A stretch of DNA of 64,000 nt from Balanoglossus misakiensis (taxonomy: Eukaryota > Animalia > Hemichordata): positions 6,980,043-7,044,042 of the forward strand of contig CM082593.2 in the NCBI GenBank assembly GCA_040954595.2. The letters run 5' to 3'. Position 1 is the first letter of the stretch; every line of letters starts with the position of its first letter. Positions 49,001 through 59,189 of this stretch are shown one piece after another. The translations under genes were made by a program, and so were the position numbers. The notes under the pieces are model-generated. The model did no database searches. It was not told the DNA's origin and worked only from the letters and a program-made list of their open reading frames with translations.

Positions 49001-50870
49001 CCCAGCAAGTCTAAATCACACGTCGTATGTATTTTTGTATTTCATCGGGTGTTTATTCTACCGAAGCATGTTCATTATGACAGCGTGGAGTTCATTTTGT
49101 ACCTGTTTTCTTGTTTTGTCGTTTTTTTTCCCCGACACGCAGGAAGACCTACATCCCCATGTTCCAGTAAGTTTTTCAAATCAAAGCCAGCAACATTTGT
49201 AAAAAATTGGTGTTTGCAGTAGCCTTAGCTATTCTGACTCTGCTGCCGGTATATTTTGATCATTTTAAAATTTTCGTTTGAGGAGACTTCTCGATCTGCT
49301 TGCACCAACCTGCATAAGTGATCTTTCCCCCCGCGTAATTAACAAGCTCTAGACTGTAAAAAAAAAATAATTATAGACTGGAAAGGGAAGTGGTTTGCCA
49401 CAAGTCCGACAATTGCAAAAGCCCAGGGAAATTTGAGTGGTTTGAGTCGCAAAGAATCATGGTCCATTGTGTATAGCGCCCTCTGTCGTTCCTTAACATA
49501 AAACTGGAAACACTGTGAAGACAATTCATCAGTAATCAATCATTTTAGAGGACAAATGTCTTAGAGGATGGAAGCTAATTTTTCGCCATTATTTTCATTT
49601 TGATGCATGACTGATATCTTCTGCAGTGATCTACTATCAGCAAATTCATATTCCTGATTAAAATGCCTCCTTGAGATCATCACAAATGTTTCAGTTAATG
49701 ATTATGCGTCCAAATATTTTTTTGCAGTCTACAGAACAGCTGCTTAAGTAAAAAAAAAACTTTTCCGTCTTAATTCATGTGTCCACTTGTCAGTGTTTGT
49801 GTTTTGTGAAGCTTTGCTTACAAAATACTTGCATAAATTTAACAGAACAAACGCTAGTTTTGATAATGCATGACATAGATGTAATATTGCTTGCATGCTA
49901 TCACTTTAAGGAAACTGAGAGACCAGCATCTGCTGTAGGTCAACAAGAAATGGACTCAGAAGTAAGTTTACATCGAGACAGGAAAAAAATAAAATCATTA
50001 GCGGTCCATTTCATTGCATCTTGTTCTTCTCCTTATATTGATATGTGTTGAAACTGTAGCACACTTGCAGATTGCTAAAGTAAAATATCACAGTCACTAG
50101 AATTTTTCCATGCCGCTCTATGCTTTTGCGTACCTCGTCATCTTAATTCATCACTTGTAGACTTACTTGTAGAATACTGGTTAAATACCCCTCCCCCCTT
50201 CAGTGGTTTGGTCCATCTCCATTTTCGCAGGAGTGAGGGTCAGGCTCATGTAAGGGTTATGGGTGAAGGGTTAAGAGGTTGACCATCGTAATCTGAGGGT
50301 TATAACTTTGATTCATGTAAATAATTATTCAACAAGAAATACACCATGAGAATATTGCTTTGTTGGGGGACAAATAGTAAATCTTTACTGGCCTGCCCAG
50401 AATGGGGTCACTCTTTTCAATAGTGATAAAGTTTTTAGGCATTTGGTTGGCCTTTGCAGAATGAGAAAGCCAGGAGACGATTTGTTATTTTCCCTCAAAA
50501 AAGACCACCTGCTGTGTTTCGTCGGCTCCTAAGCTGCTTAATCCACCGGTTTAATCTGGCTCAGTGGTTTACTATCTAAAGCATCAAAACAGGACAATTA
50601 TTACAGAACGTGTTTGACACTTTAATGAACTAGGATATGCGAGATGCTGTTTAGTTATCCTTCCACCCCTCTGTCAGTGTACTTGGTCCAACCTGACCAC
50701 TGGAAACAAAGGGGTCTGACTAAAACTCGGGGGACAGAGGTTAGGTCTTCCGAGAAGAAACCGTGGTAAACAAAATCACAAAATCATATTACCCCCTGGA
50801 AATCATCAAACGTTTCTTTCTATTCCTTCTTTCACAGGATCCAAGTGGTATGACATCAAGCAACGTGTAA
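27672..50870 (+). CDS. PKD2: Polycystin-2 (TRPP2) cation channel; up to 19 coding exons, ~941 aa
   Basis: Exons join in phase (2826 nt with all cassettes). N-terminal [80 protein letters not shown], pore [25 protein letters not shown], two EF-hands, coiled coil [25 protein letters not shown]. Confidence 0.95.
31316..31429 (+). CDS. PKD2: PKD2 exon 2 ([28 protein letters not shown])
   Basis: ttcag/gtaagt, 114 nt, phase 1-1. Confidence 0.93.
31995..32067. repeat. (GAT)n/(GAC)n microsatellite
   Basis: Directly visible. Confidence 0.9.
33227..33426 (+). mobile_element. TA-flanked MITE family C copy 1
   Basis: tattgtaaaac ... gttttacagta termini with subterminal tttcgc/gcgaaa motifs; related to 39136-39346. 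Confidence 0.7.
35105..35198 (+). mobile_element. ~90-bp piggyBac-like MITE family D copy 1
   Basis: ccctttcacc ... ggtggaaagggttaa; interior agaggtcca..ccatag..gatttggacc shared with 46034-46127. Confidence 0.6.
35810..35940 (+). CDS. PKD2: PKD2 exon 3 ([22 protein letters not shown]..)
   Basis: cag/gtaagt, 131 nt, phase 1-0. Confidence 0.93.
38776..39029 (+). CDS. PKD2: PKD2 exon 4 (TOP domain)
   Basis: cag/gtaagt, 254 nt, phase 0-2. Confidence 0.94.
39136..39346 (+). mobile_element. TA-flanked MITE family C copy 2
   Basis: tactgtaaaacactt ... aagtgttttacagta terminal inverted repeat. Confidence 0.78.
39826..40050 (+). CDS. PKD2: PKD2 exon 5 ([27 protein letters not shown]..)
   Basis: cag/gttagt, 225 nt, phase 2-2. 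Confidence 0.94.
40969..41197 (+). CDS. PKD2: PKD2 exon 6 ([12 protein letters not shown].. S2-S3)
   Basis: cag/gtgagt, 229 nt, phase 2-0. Confidence 0.94.
41547..41717 (+). CDS. PKD2: PKD2 exon 7
   Basis: cag/gtatgt, 171 nt, phase 0-0. Confidence 0.94.
42071..42252 (+). CDS. PKD2: PKD2 exon 8 ([11 protein letters not shown].. S5)
   Basis: tag/gtaagt, 182 nt, phase 0-2. Confidence 0.94.
43250..43370 (+). CDS. PKD2: PKD2 exon 9 (pore, [13 protein letters not shown]..), not in ORF track
   Basis: cag/gtgagt, 121 nt, phase 2-0. Confidence 0.94.
43671..43769 (+). CDS. PKD2: PKD2 exon 10 ([17 protein letters not shown]..), not in ORF track
   Basis: cag/gtaggt, 99 nt, phase 0-0. Confidence 0.94.
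43838..44060 (+). mobile_element. TTAA-flanked MITE family B, internally deleted copy
   Basis: ttaaGGATGTACG ... CGTACATCCttaa; shares taaaattgaaagtattgtc and tctcaaaatagagcgc with 19799-20517. Confidence 0.82.
44225..44358 (+). CDS. PKD2: PKD2 exon 11 (EF-hand 1, [12 protein letters not shown])
   Basis: cag/gtaagt, 134 nt, phase 0-2. Confidence 0.92.
44865..44982 (+). CDS. PKD2: PKD2 exon 12 (EF-hand 2, [12 protein letters not shown])
   Basis: cag/gtgagg, 118 nt, phase 2-0. Confidence 0.92.
45745..45792 (+). CDS. PKD2: PKD2 candidate cassette exon ([16 protein letters not shown])
   Basis: gtcttag/gtagac, 48 nt, phase 0-0, open. Confidence 0.55.
46034..46127 (+). mobile_element. ~90-bp piggyBac-like MITE family D copy 2
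   Basis: aaccctctcacc ... ggtgaaagggttaa. Confidence 0.6.
47225..47406 (+). CDS. PKD2: PKD2 exon (acidic cluster [15 protein letters not shown])
   Basis: cag/gtaagc, 182 nt, phase 0-2. Confidence 0.92.
47839..47986 (+). CDS. PKD2: PKD2 exon (coiled coil [18 protein letters not shown]..)
   Basis: tag/gtaaga, 148 nt, phase 2-0. Confidence 0.94.
48781..48987 (+). CDS. PKD2: PKD2 exon (..[17 protein letters not shown]..)
   Basis: cag/gtaagt, 207 nt, phase 0-0. Confidence 0.9.
49143..49166 (+). CDS. PKD2: PKD2 candidate 24-nt microexon (EDLHPHVP)
   Basis: Long pyrimidine tract + cag, donor gtaagt, phase 0-0. Confidence 0.6.
49911..49961 (+). CDS. PKD2: PKD2 candidate 51-nt exon ([17 protein letters not shown])
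   Basis: tttaag/gtaagt, phase 0-0, carries RPxSA as elsewhere in the protein. Confidence 0.6.
50838..50870 (+). CDS. PKD2: PKD2 terminal coding exon ([10 protein letters not shown])
   Basis: Strong pyrimidine tract ttcttttcacag acceptor, phase 0, TAA at 50868-50870. Confidence 0.7.
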   Translation, partial: DPSGMTSSNV

Positions 50871-52122
50871 GTTCATCAAAAAGCTTGAAGACGTCAAGTA
50901 CGACCTCCTTATCTACGATTCCATCCATTTGCGATAAAAAAAAATGATGCAGTGTGGGAGAGAGAAAAAAGACAGAGCAATATGACCCAGCAAGCCTTTC
51001 AGTAATTGTGTGCTCATTAGCTCAAAATTATTACCACGTTTTTTGGATTATTTTTCGTACATAGAATAAAACAAATAATGAAAAATTGTTACTTATATAC
51101 TGTCTGTTGCAATTTTGCTGAACTACATGTAGCCTTGACATTGAAGACATCTTAAGCAGCCAGAAAAGTGAGAAAAAATTTCTGAGAAGCTTACCATCTG
51201 AAAGACTTTTTCTGTGATTGTATTAACACTACACTGAGCAAAATTGACGTGATATTAAAAAACAGGCTGCCTTATTAACATAAAAATATTTAAAATATTT
51301 TATTGATATATTAATTTATTCCCTGTCATATCAAGTTGTGTTTCTAGTCCATCGTAGAAAAAGACAAAAAAAAAAAATTATACAACCACTAGCAAAAAAG
51401 TTTGTGATTTGTCAAGTTTCACTTGTGTGTATATACTGAATATTCATTTTTTCCTCGACCTTTCACCTTTCACCCCCGTTTCAAACAATCTTCTCCGAGT
51501 GAAGAGCGTATAGTTGGTATCATAAATACATTTACTTGAATTTTTCTCAGTGGCAGGGATTCGCGTTTCAAGAGAAAGGGAGCCTCTGATACCAAGCTTT
51601 AATGTGACATTGCCATGGAAACTGACATTTTTTTAGACGAACGTGTTGTTTCTGGAAGATTGGGTTTGTGTTTTGATTGAAAAATGTTTTGCCACGTTTT
51701 TTCACGTCATATAACTATATATTAATCGTATATAATTGTAAGTTGTTTCAAAAAAATATGTACAGAGTAGTTTTTTAAAACAAACAAGAGAAATGCTCAA
51801 CTACGGGAAAAGTTCATTTGGATTGAGAAATAAAAAACAAAAGGTAAATCAAAATTTGTTATTTTACCTATACAGTGTACACATGATTGGCGGTATAAAC
51901 ATTCCGGGTCCGTAGCTTATATTTCTCTTGTTTTGTTTGGCTTTGTGAGTGACAAGTTCTATCACTATTCAACAAAGTGTGTATAAATTCCATTTTAGAA
52001 ACGTACTTACCCTGAATGGCTTGTTTTATTGGACATTCTGGCCAACCAACAGAAAGCGTTTTTGACGTGGTCAGTTTTTAAACTGTTGTAACTGTTTTGA
52101 TATTTGTGGAGAACCAGTGTAC

Positions 52123-52128
52123 AATAAA
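52123..52128 (+). terminator. Candidate PKD2 polyadenylation signal
   Basis: AATAAA followed ~30 nt later by a T/GT-rich tract; other AATAAA hexamers occur earlier in the putative UTR. Confidence 0.4.
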
Positions 52129-53996
52129 ACAATCCAGTAGAGAAAAAAAAACATTCTTGTCCTGTTTGTTTGATTTATGAAAGATGTGTTGCAATTGGGA
52201 AAATCTGACATTTAACTTGCTTGCAGTAGTATGCACATATTTTCAGAGAAATGATAATTCTCTAAACTTTTCGATTCTCTGTGTTGAAAATTGTTAGTGC
52301 GCCCTCAACGGTCCATTGTTGGAGCAACTTGTGTTTAGTAATAATCCTGTGGCTAATTCCAAATCTGTTTCACCCCTGCTTGCTTGGAAGATAGTCAGTG
52401 GGAAGCATTGTTCGAAGACATTTTGGCAGCTGTGGTACTGTGGGTACCAACCTATTCGGGATATCTTTAGGAATACATTATGTGAAACTTGCACATACTG
52501 AGTTCATAGCCGGCCGGCTTGTGTTCAGCAGGTAAATCTGAAATAATTCTGCCGTAGAGGGGGTCAGCGAACACCCAGCAAAAATGTAGTTCCTGCAGAT
52601 TGTGCATTCAGTACAGTATATGCACAGGTCAGAATGACATTGAAATTCAGTGAAATGTGGGATGTTCGATCAAATAGTTTACCCCCCCCCCCCCACCATT
52701 ATTTCCGTTATATAGGGAAGATTAAAAACGGAAAATATTCAATTATCAAGCGCCCATTTTCCACACCTACGAAAGAATCGCCGTTCCCATAAATAATATT
52801 TTCCCGTCTAAATGCTATTTCTGGGTTGAGTTTATTTCCTATACCTGGTTAACTACTTCATTTGAAATTAAAACAAATTACGAGCGCAAGTGTGCAGGAG
52901 ACATGTTCGCTGCTGTATTAATTATCTCTTCCGTCGGATGTATTATTAGATTCTGAGAAGAAGAATTCTCATAAGTGGCAATCTATCATCTGCTATATAC
53001 GTCATATTCAAATGTCAACTCGTCTGCACAATCAAACACAAATTGCTTGACATTTCATTTTTTTCAAGAAGCTAAGGTGTCCTTGGCAGTTCTATTGTGT
53101 ACTCGCACGAAATGTTGATCTGGTTTTAGCATTACGAAAAACTTGGCATGCGAAGAAAATGAAATTTGTCGTTGAAAAGCAGGATGATAATTTTCCATGT
53201 GGAGGATTTGCGCATGCGCAATATCCTGAGTGTGAGGATGCCGCAAAATTGTCTCCACTCTTCAGATGTATTTGTGCATTGGCAACTACCGTGACATTTA
53301 ATTGCTGTGGGGCGGGGGGGGGGTATCTGTACTTTTCGCAAGGTTCGTCCGCCCCGCAGATCTATTAAAGATATACACTCAAGATCATGACCAATTGTTC
53401 TACCATCCATTTATCTAGTGAAAACACGACTGTCCCCATAGTAACTATGCATATAGTAATCAGCCATACTTGTATTCATATTTAAATAAGAAATCACTAC
53501 AATTATTTTTACGAAAGGAAACAATTATCAAATCAATTAAAAAAGTGATATAATAAGAATAAAAGTATGGCCGCTGATTACTAATTTGCATAGAAACTAT
53601 GGGGGGGGGGCAGTCCAGAGGCCAAAAGCACCCATTCACATTAGAGAACACAGAAAACTCAATATGCTAAATATGAATAGCAATGTCGACTGTTCATCTT
53701 TAGATTCGGTGTGTTCTCGGGTGGGGCCATCTCTCTCTGTTTTGTTATGTTGTTTTGTAGCAACTGCTGGAGAAACTGGTTTACTTACAGGTTCCTTGGA
53801 TTCTTTGCGTTCTTGTTAGAATAAATGCTCTACTATCGCTTCGTCTTTCTTGGCGCCGTCTTCTGTCCATAGGAGCTCCAGTAGCGTATTTCCACGGTCA
53901 AACGGTGACACAAACCGTTCGATATCACTATTGTACGTAGTCGGCATCAGAATTATCAGGGAAGTTGTCAAGGTCCATCCTGGCCAGTGGTAAACA

Positions 53997-54153
53997 CAAA
54001 AATGGCGTGGCAGGACATCCACGTGGCAAGAACATAATCTAAATATGCACAAACTATCGCTTTCGACCAATCTCATGCATGTGTAGATTGAATGCCTTCT
54101 TGCTGGCCAATAGCAGACACAATATAGCAGTGCGAGCCATGTACTTGACCAAT
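53997..54153. promoter_or_regulatory. Candidate promoter: YY1-like AAAATGGCG plus three CCAAT boxes
   Basis: CCAAT at 54067, 54107, 54149 (40 and 42 bp spacing). Confidence 0.35.
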
Positions 54154-57100
54154 CAGATTAAACAGTTTCCTTCTAACAGGTGGTACATGTCTACGTTACG
54201 TTGCCCTTATTCACATGCAGATTTACATTGTCATCGATGTAAGCTGTGGGTCACCCCATCCCACAGTGGGTGTTCAAATGAAGGTCGGCACATTTATTGA
54301 CAGTAAATTTCCAATTTTAGACAAGATTGGGCCGTTTATCGTGGAACAAGTCATTAATCGAAAGTTGTTGGTGTGCTGTATAGTCAGAGGCTTGTTTTTA
54401 AGTTCCTGACCATAAGTGTGGTGTTTTCAGCTGAAATAACACACCTAGGCTCCACTCGTTCGATTATCTATACTAAAACCGAGATTTAGTTTCTTACAAG
54501 TCAGTCTTCTTCTTGTGGACGAAATATACCTACAGGCTTTAATAACTCGTTAAAAATTAAACTAAAATGACATTAAATTGTAAATTCGAAATTATAATCG
54601 CGAGTATCGTCCTTTGATCACGCGGCACTCAGTTTTTATGCGAATTGACGTGCATTTCGAATGGACGACATCTTAAAATGTTTTTCAAGTATTCACGCGG
54701 ACTTCAAATTTTTCAAGTTTTCGTCTCGAACCGACAGCTTGCTCGAAGAGCAGACACGAACACAGAAGGTCGTTTTATAAAGCTTCTGTAGAAACTTGGA
54801 TTAATACAAAAACGCGGCGGAAGTGGCGGGTAGGGCGAGTTATTCGTGTGGAAGGAATGTGAGACGACGGTTGGAATGCAAAATGTTTAAAAAAACGATG
54901 ATCGAACGAACGCTTGGCGGCTGTGGGTAGCCACGTTATAATCATCATATCGTCTTTCATGCATGACACTCACTGGAACAGCGTTAGACATGACGTGAGA
55001 CCAAATCATCAAAGCGACGTGTAGCCTGATGCCAGAACTCAGCTTCCTTACCCCATCACACAATTGTGAGGCGACCGCATAAGAGAATTTCTAGATAGAA
55101 TAATGTAATGTATCCTTGAGCAAAATATGAGAAATGTTTGGAGAATATTTTCGAAGCGCATATTACCTTTAACGCTATATTTCCTGTTCTGTTTATCAGA
55201 GCAGTATATCGCCACTGTTATAAATCGCTCCGGGTTGCCGGGGATTTGATCCCGCCTAAAAGCTTTCAAGCTATCAAAACGCCCGCCTTTTCCCAACGGC
55301 CCAGGCAAACTGTCATTAGCAAAAACGCTACAAAACCACTTGTTGTTACGGCACGGACATCTCTCTCTGGCGGACAGCAACGATGTCTGTCAAACGCAAA
55401 CTTCTTTAAAAGCCTGGAATTGTGACTTCTGAAATTCCTACTGCCATTACGTTTGTTTTTCGGCACTTTCTTGCATAATGAAAATAAAGGAATTGTAAAG
55501 ATGTAAACTTTTTACCCCAATGTATAACGATCTGCCAATTTAAGGTAGTATATACTTTATCCCGCTTGAAAGCAATTACAGCAAGTATTTTTGTATAGCT
55601 GACAATTTTATTAATTTATAAATTCAGATTTAGAATTTTCCACATAAGTGAAATATTTATTTCGTGAGTAAAGAATTAATATCAAATCATGTGACATAAT
55701 GAGCTTACCTTTTTATTTTATCGGTTTCCTTAATACTTGGGTTTAACTTGTCACATTGTCAGTGTCTAAAATGACTGGGTATAAAAATTGAATGTTTACC
55801 GTGATACGCAATAAATCCCCTGGTTACGTATGCTTTTGAAGAATGAGCGACGGATACATACGCCAGGTTAAATAAGGCGAACACTGACAGTCGGAAATGA
55901 TTATCGCAATAAGTTTAATTTAATGAAGTCTTGCCACATGGTTTATTGTTATCAGGGGTGACATCCAGAGACACACAGGGTGAGTTCTATTTAAAATTGG
56001 GAATTTGTGTTAATAAAGGCCAGTGACGTCATCTGAGTTGACGGGTCTGGAGTTTGTGACGTCACAGCGGCTCAGATATGGCGCTGACTCGAGATGAAAT
56101 CCGTGACAAAACGCAAACACATATTAATATCGATAAATAAAACCATTTTCATTCATATATCATCTTTTAAAACTACTAAAGTTTTTTACCGCCATGCTGA
56201 CTGGTAATAAACACAATCCTATTAATTCGCAATCTTGTGTTTTAAATCTTTGGACAAGAAATAGCTTATTTTATGGGTTGGTTTGGGAAACCCCGTCTTC
56301 AATGGCCAGGCCGAAGTATCACATGCATGTTGGAATGTTGCAAACAATCCCGGAGAGCGCGTAGTACCTCGTATATCCAAAAGCAAACGAGGGAAAGTTT
56401 CTGTGCTGTGATCTGGAAGCCGATGGTTTGATTGAATGGACAGATTTCTATTTTGACGTATTACAAAAAAGTAATGCGAAAAGTAACGCGTTGTCATTCG
56501 GACACAGATTAACAGCGACGGTTACTCAACTTCCCGGATCGGGTCATTGAACCGGAGAACGACAACCCGTGTACGTGCCTAAAGATCATGCCCTACGCAC
56601 GCAAACTTAAAGGGGAACAGGAAACCACTTTCGGTTATTTTAGTTTCCTTTGACATCTCACTGTTTGGTAGTACACGTACAAGTTGTCTTAACTACACTC
56701 ACACCCGCCTAAGCTGGTGGATATGGCGACACATGAATACTTTAATTCTTCAATTTTTGGTAAATACCAAAAAATGTCTAAATTGTATTCAGCTGCTATG
56801 CCCATATACAGGGAGCGGATTGAGTTGTGACAATCCGTGATGGACAAAATTTCAGTAAGCTGAATTAGCTATCAAAAGAAAATAAACTAACCAAAATAAT
56901 AATAGCAATGTTCTGTAACAGAATCCAGGCTGCAACAACCTCCCTCTACCGTGGTAATCATGCCAGGATTATCAGTGTTTCTATTCATATAGTTGTCAGT
57001 GCGTCCTTGTACACGCAATTCCATATAAGACCACGTAGCATCATTCTATTGTCCCCACGTATGAGTGAAACGTAATCCAGGCACCGAGACATGAATAAAT

Positions 57101-57947
57101 GAAAGGAAAGACTGAACTCTACAGTTAAAAAATAATGACGGTAACATTTAAATAAAATCCTTGAGCACAGTGTACCACATGGTTGCCATCTGGACGAGCT
57201 GTTCATCCATTTTATGTAACTTTATTCTGAATACCGTTGTAAACACACACCTTATGGTAATCCCTGGCCTGAAGGTCGAGTACCAGTAAAAGATTATTGT
57301 CCTTAGTTCATTAGAAGCTCGAGTGTCTTTCCAGTCTAGACTATTTCAGAGCTAATTGTAAAATTTGTATAACAGACACGTGTTAACAGTCTATCAACAT
57401 TTCAGGTAATAAAGAAAAATTGCAAACACTATTCGTTTCTGCACTCAAAATGTGTCCGTCCCAGTTGCGAGAAAATCGCCCACGTTTTTGAGAAAAAAAC
57501 GTCATGTTTGGACCAAGTAAACAAATTATGAATCTAAGACTTTCACTAACATTGTTCTGTTTTACAAGACTCTTTGTATTATTTTTAAAATATCATAAAT
57601 CAGCGGCCACCATTCTGAATGCCCATCCCAAGCAAGTTGACAATCGAGCATGCGCAAATGGTTCGAAGATAAATTATGCATGTATCTCGTCGCCAGACGA
57701 CGCGCACTTGTGTTCGTTCCTCAGTAAAATATCCCTGAAATCACGAGTTTAATATCTTACGGTTATCAATTTGTCATATTACTCCGCATATGACATGCTT
57801 AACTTTTTAATATCGTGCGACAGAATTAAATTAGAAGTAATTTGGAAGTAATTTCAAGCTGTCAGTATCAGATACTGACATTGCGCCGCCGCCCACGGAG
57901 TTTGCGTCGTTGTGTTGCCGACTCATGTGGATGTTGCTCATCGCTGA

Positions 57948-57972
57948 AGAGAGAGAGAGAAAGAGAGAGTGA

Positions 57973-58003
<31 letters not shown>

Positions 58004-58030
58004 TCAGACAGACAGACAGACAGACAGACG
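57948..58030. repeat. (GA)n/(GACA)n microsatellite
   Basis: Directly visible. Confidence 0.93.
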
Positions 58031-59049
58031 GTATAGAGGGGAGAGAGATGGAGAATTCAAGTTAATTCAATTAAATCGCGTTTATTTATACTAGTATACA
58101 CTGCTGCACTTTGCAGGATAATGTGTATGCCAATAAAACGCAATCAAACATGATATATCAAGTTCGCATTCAATATATAAAAAGCTCGTAACAACAAAAA
58201 GGATGATTGAGATCATCAAAAACGTTGAAGAGCTAATACAATGGCCGATTAGTTGAAATCCTAGCTACTTTCATTCTCTTAGGAAACGCCATGAAAATGA
58301 TCGAACGCGACAAAAAAGCGGATACGCGTAAAGTAACATATCCCAGTTGCATTTAATGTAAATTTTATTTTTATTTAATATGCCAACAGACTTTACAATA
58401 AATGATTGGCGTAATCCGACGTACATTTTCAAATCATGCGAATATGTGGCATGTGTACAAAAGACAAATTATAAAAGGCTTGGCTGGGTTTTATAATAGC
58501 GACACAATTGATACAGCATGTATTCTGAATACGCGAGTTTTTCAGTTTTGATCAAAGCTTATGAAAGCACACAGAGAATTGACATATTTCGTACGACTGC
58601 AGGATTCCAAAATTGTTAAAAATTTCGCGTCGCGTACTGGAGCGGTGGACATTCTCTTAGTGCGTATCGGGGGTCACTATTTGGCTTGTGAAGGTGCTTG
58701 GGCCATAGATAGTACTGTCTATGGTTGGGCAGATGCCTATATTATAGAGTATGTCAGTCGCAGGTGACAAGGAGTGGAAGCGCGCCGCCACCGGTTTCGA
58801 TACCCCCAACAAACCAAGGCACGCGCATATACTACCGACTTCAAGTGGTTTTTGCTGAAGCGAAGAGATGGAATTAGGCCGAGGAGAACGACGGTGCGCG
58901 TCTGTCTGACAAGCCGATCACTTCGAAACTCATCACGGCACAGCTGTGAATACTGTTCTGTCCAGACGGCTCGTCTTCCCCTGGGTGACCTCAAGAAACA
59001 ATTACGTCGAGCCCGCGACACCATAAATAAGCGAACATTCTCGATATTT

Positions 59050-59189
59050 ATCGGGGAACGAGGAGAATATTTCAGGTCTCTCTCTCTCTCTGTGGATTGG
59101 TGTCTACTTTTGCTCGAGCTCTACACTGCACGGTGATCACTTCGAACAGACAAAGTCTCGCAGAAGGACAAGAGAAGAAACCGGCATAG
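59050..59189 (+). other. Candidate first exon of a downstream gene (start uncertain)
   Basis: CpG-rich stretch ~58600-59300 with consensus donor AG|GTGAGT at 59189/59190; no recognisable coding exon follows in the window. Confidence 0.3.

Noticed and set aside
53208-53221. TTGCGCATGCGCAA palindrome (NRF1-like)
   Set aside because: Isolated short motif common in repeats; no supporting promoter context.
58737-59136. 120-aa Arg-rich ORF and its antisense ORF
   Set aside because: GTG start, no domain; expected by chance in a GC/CpG-rich promoter-like region.
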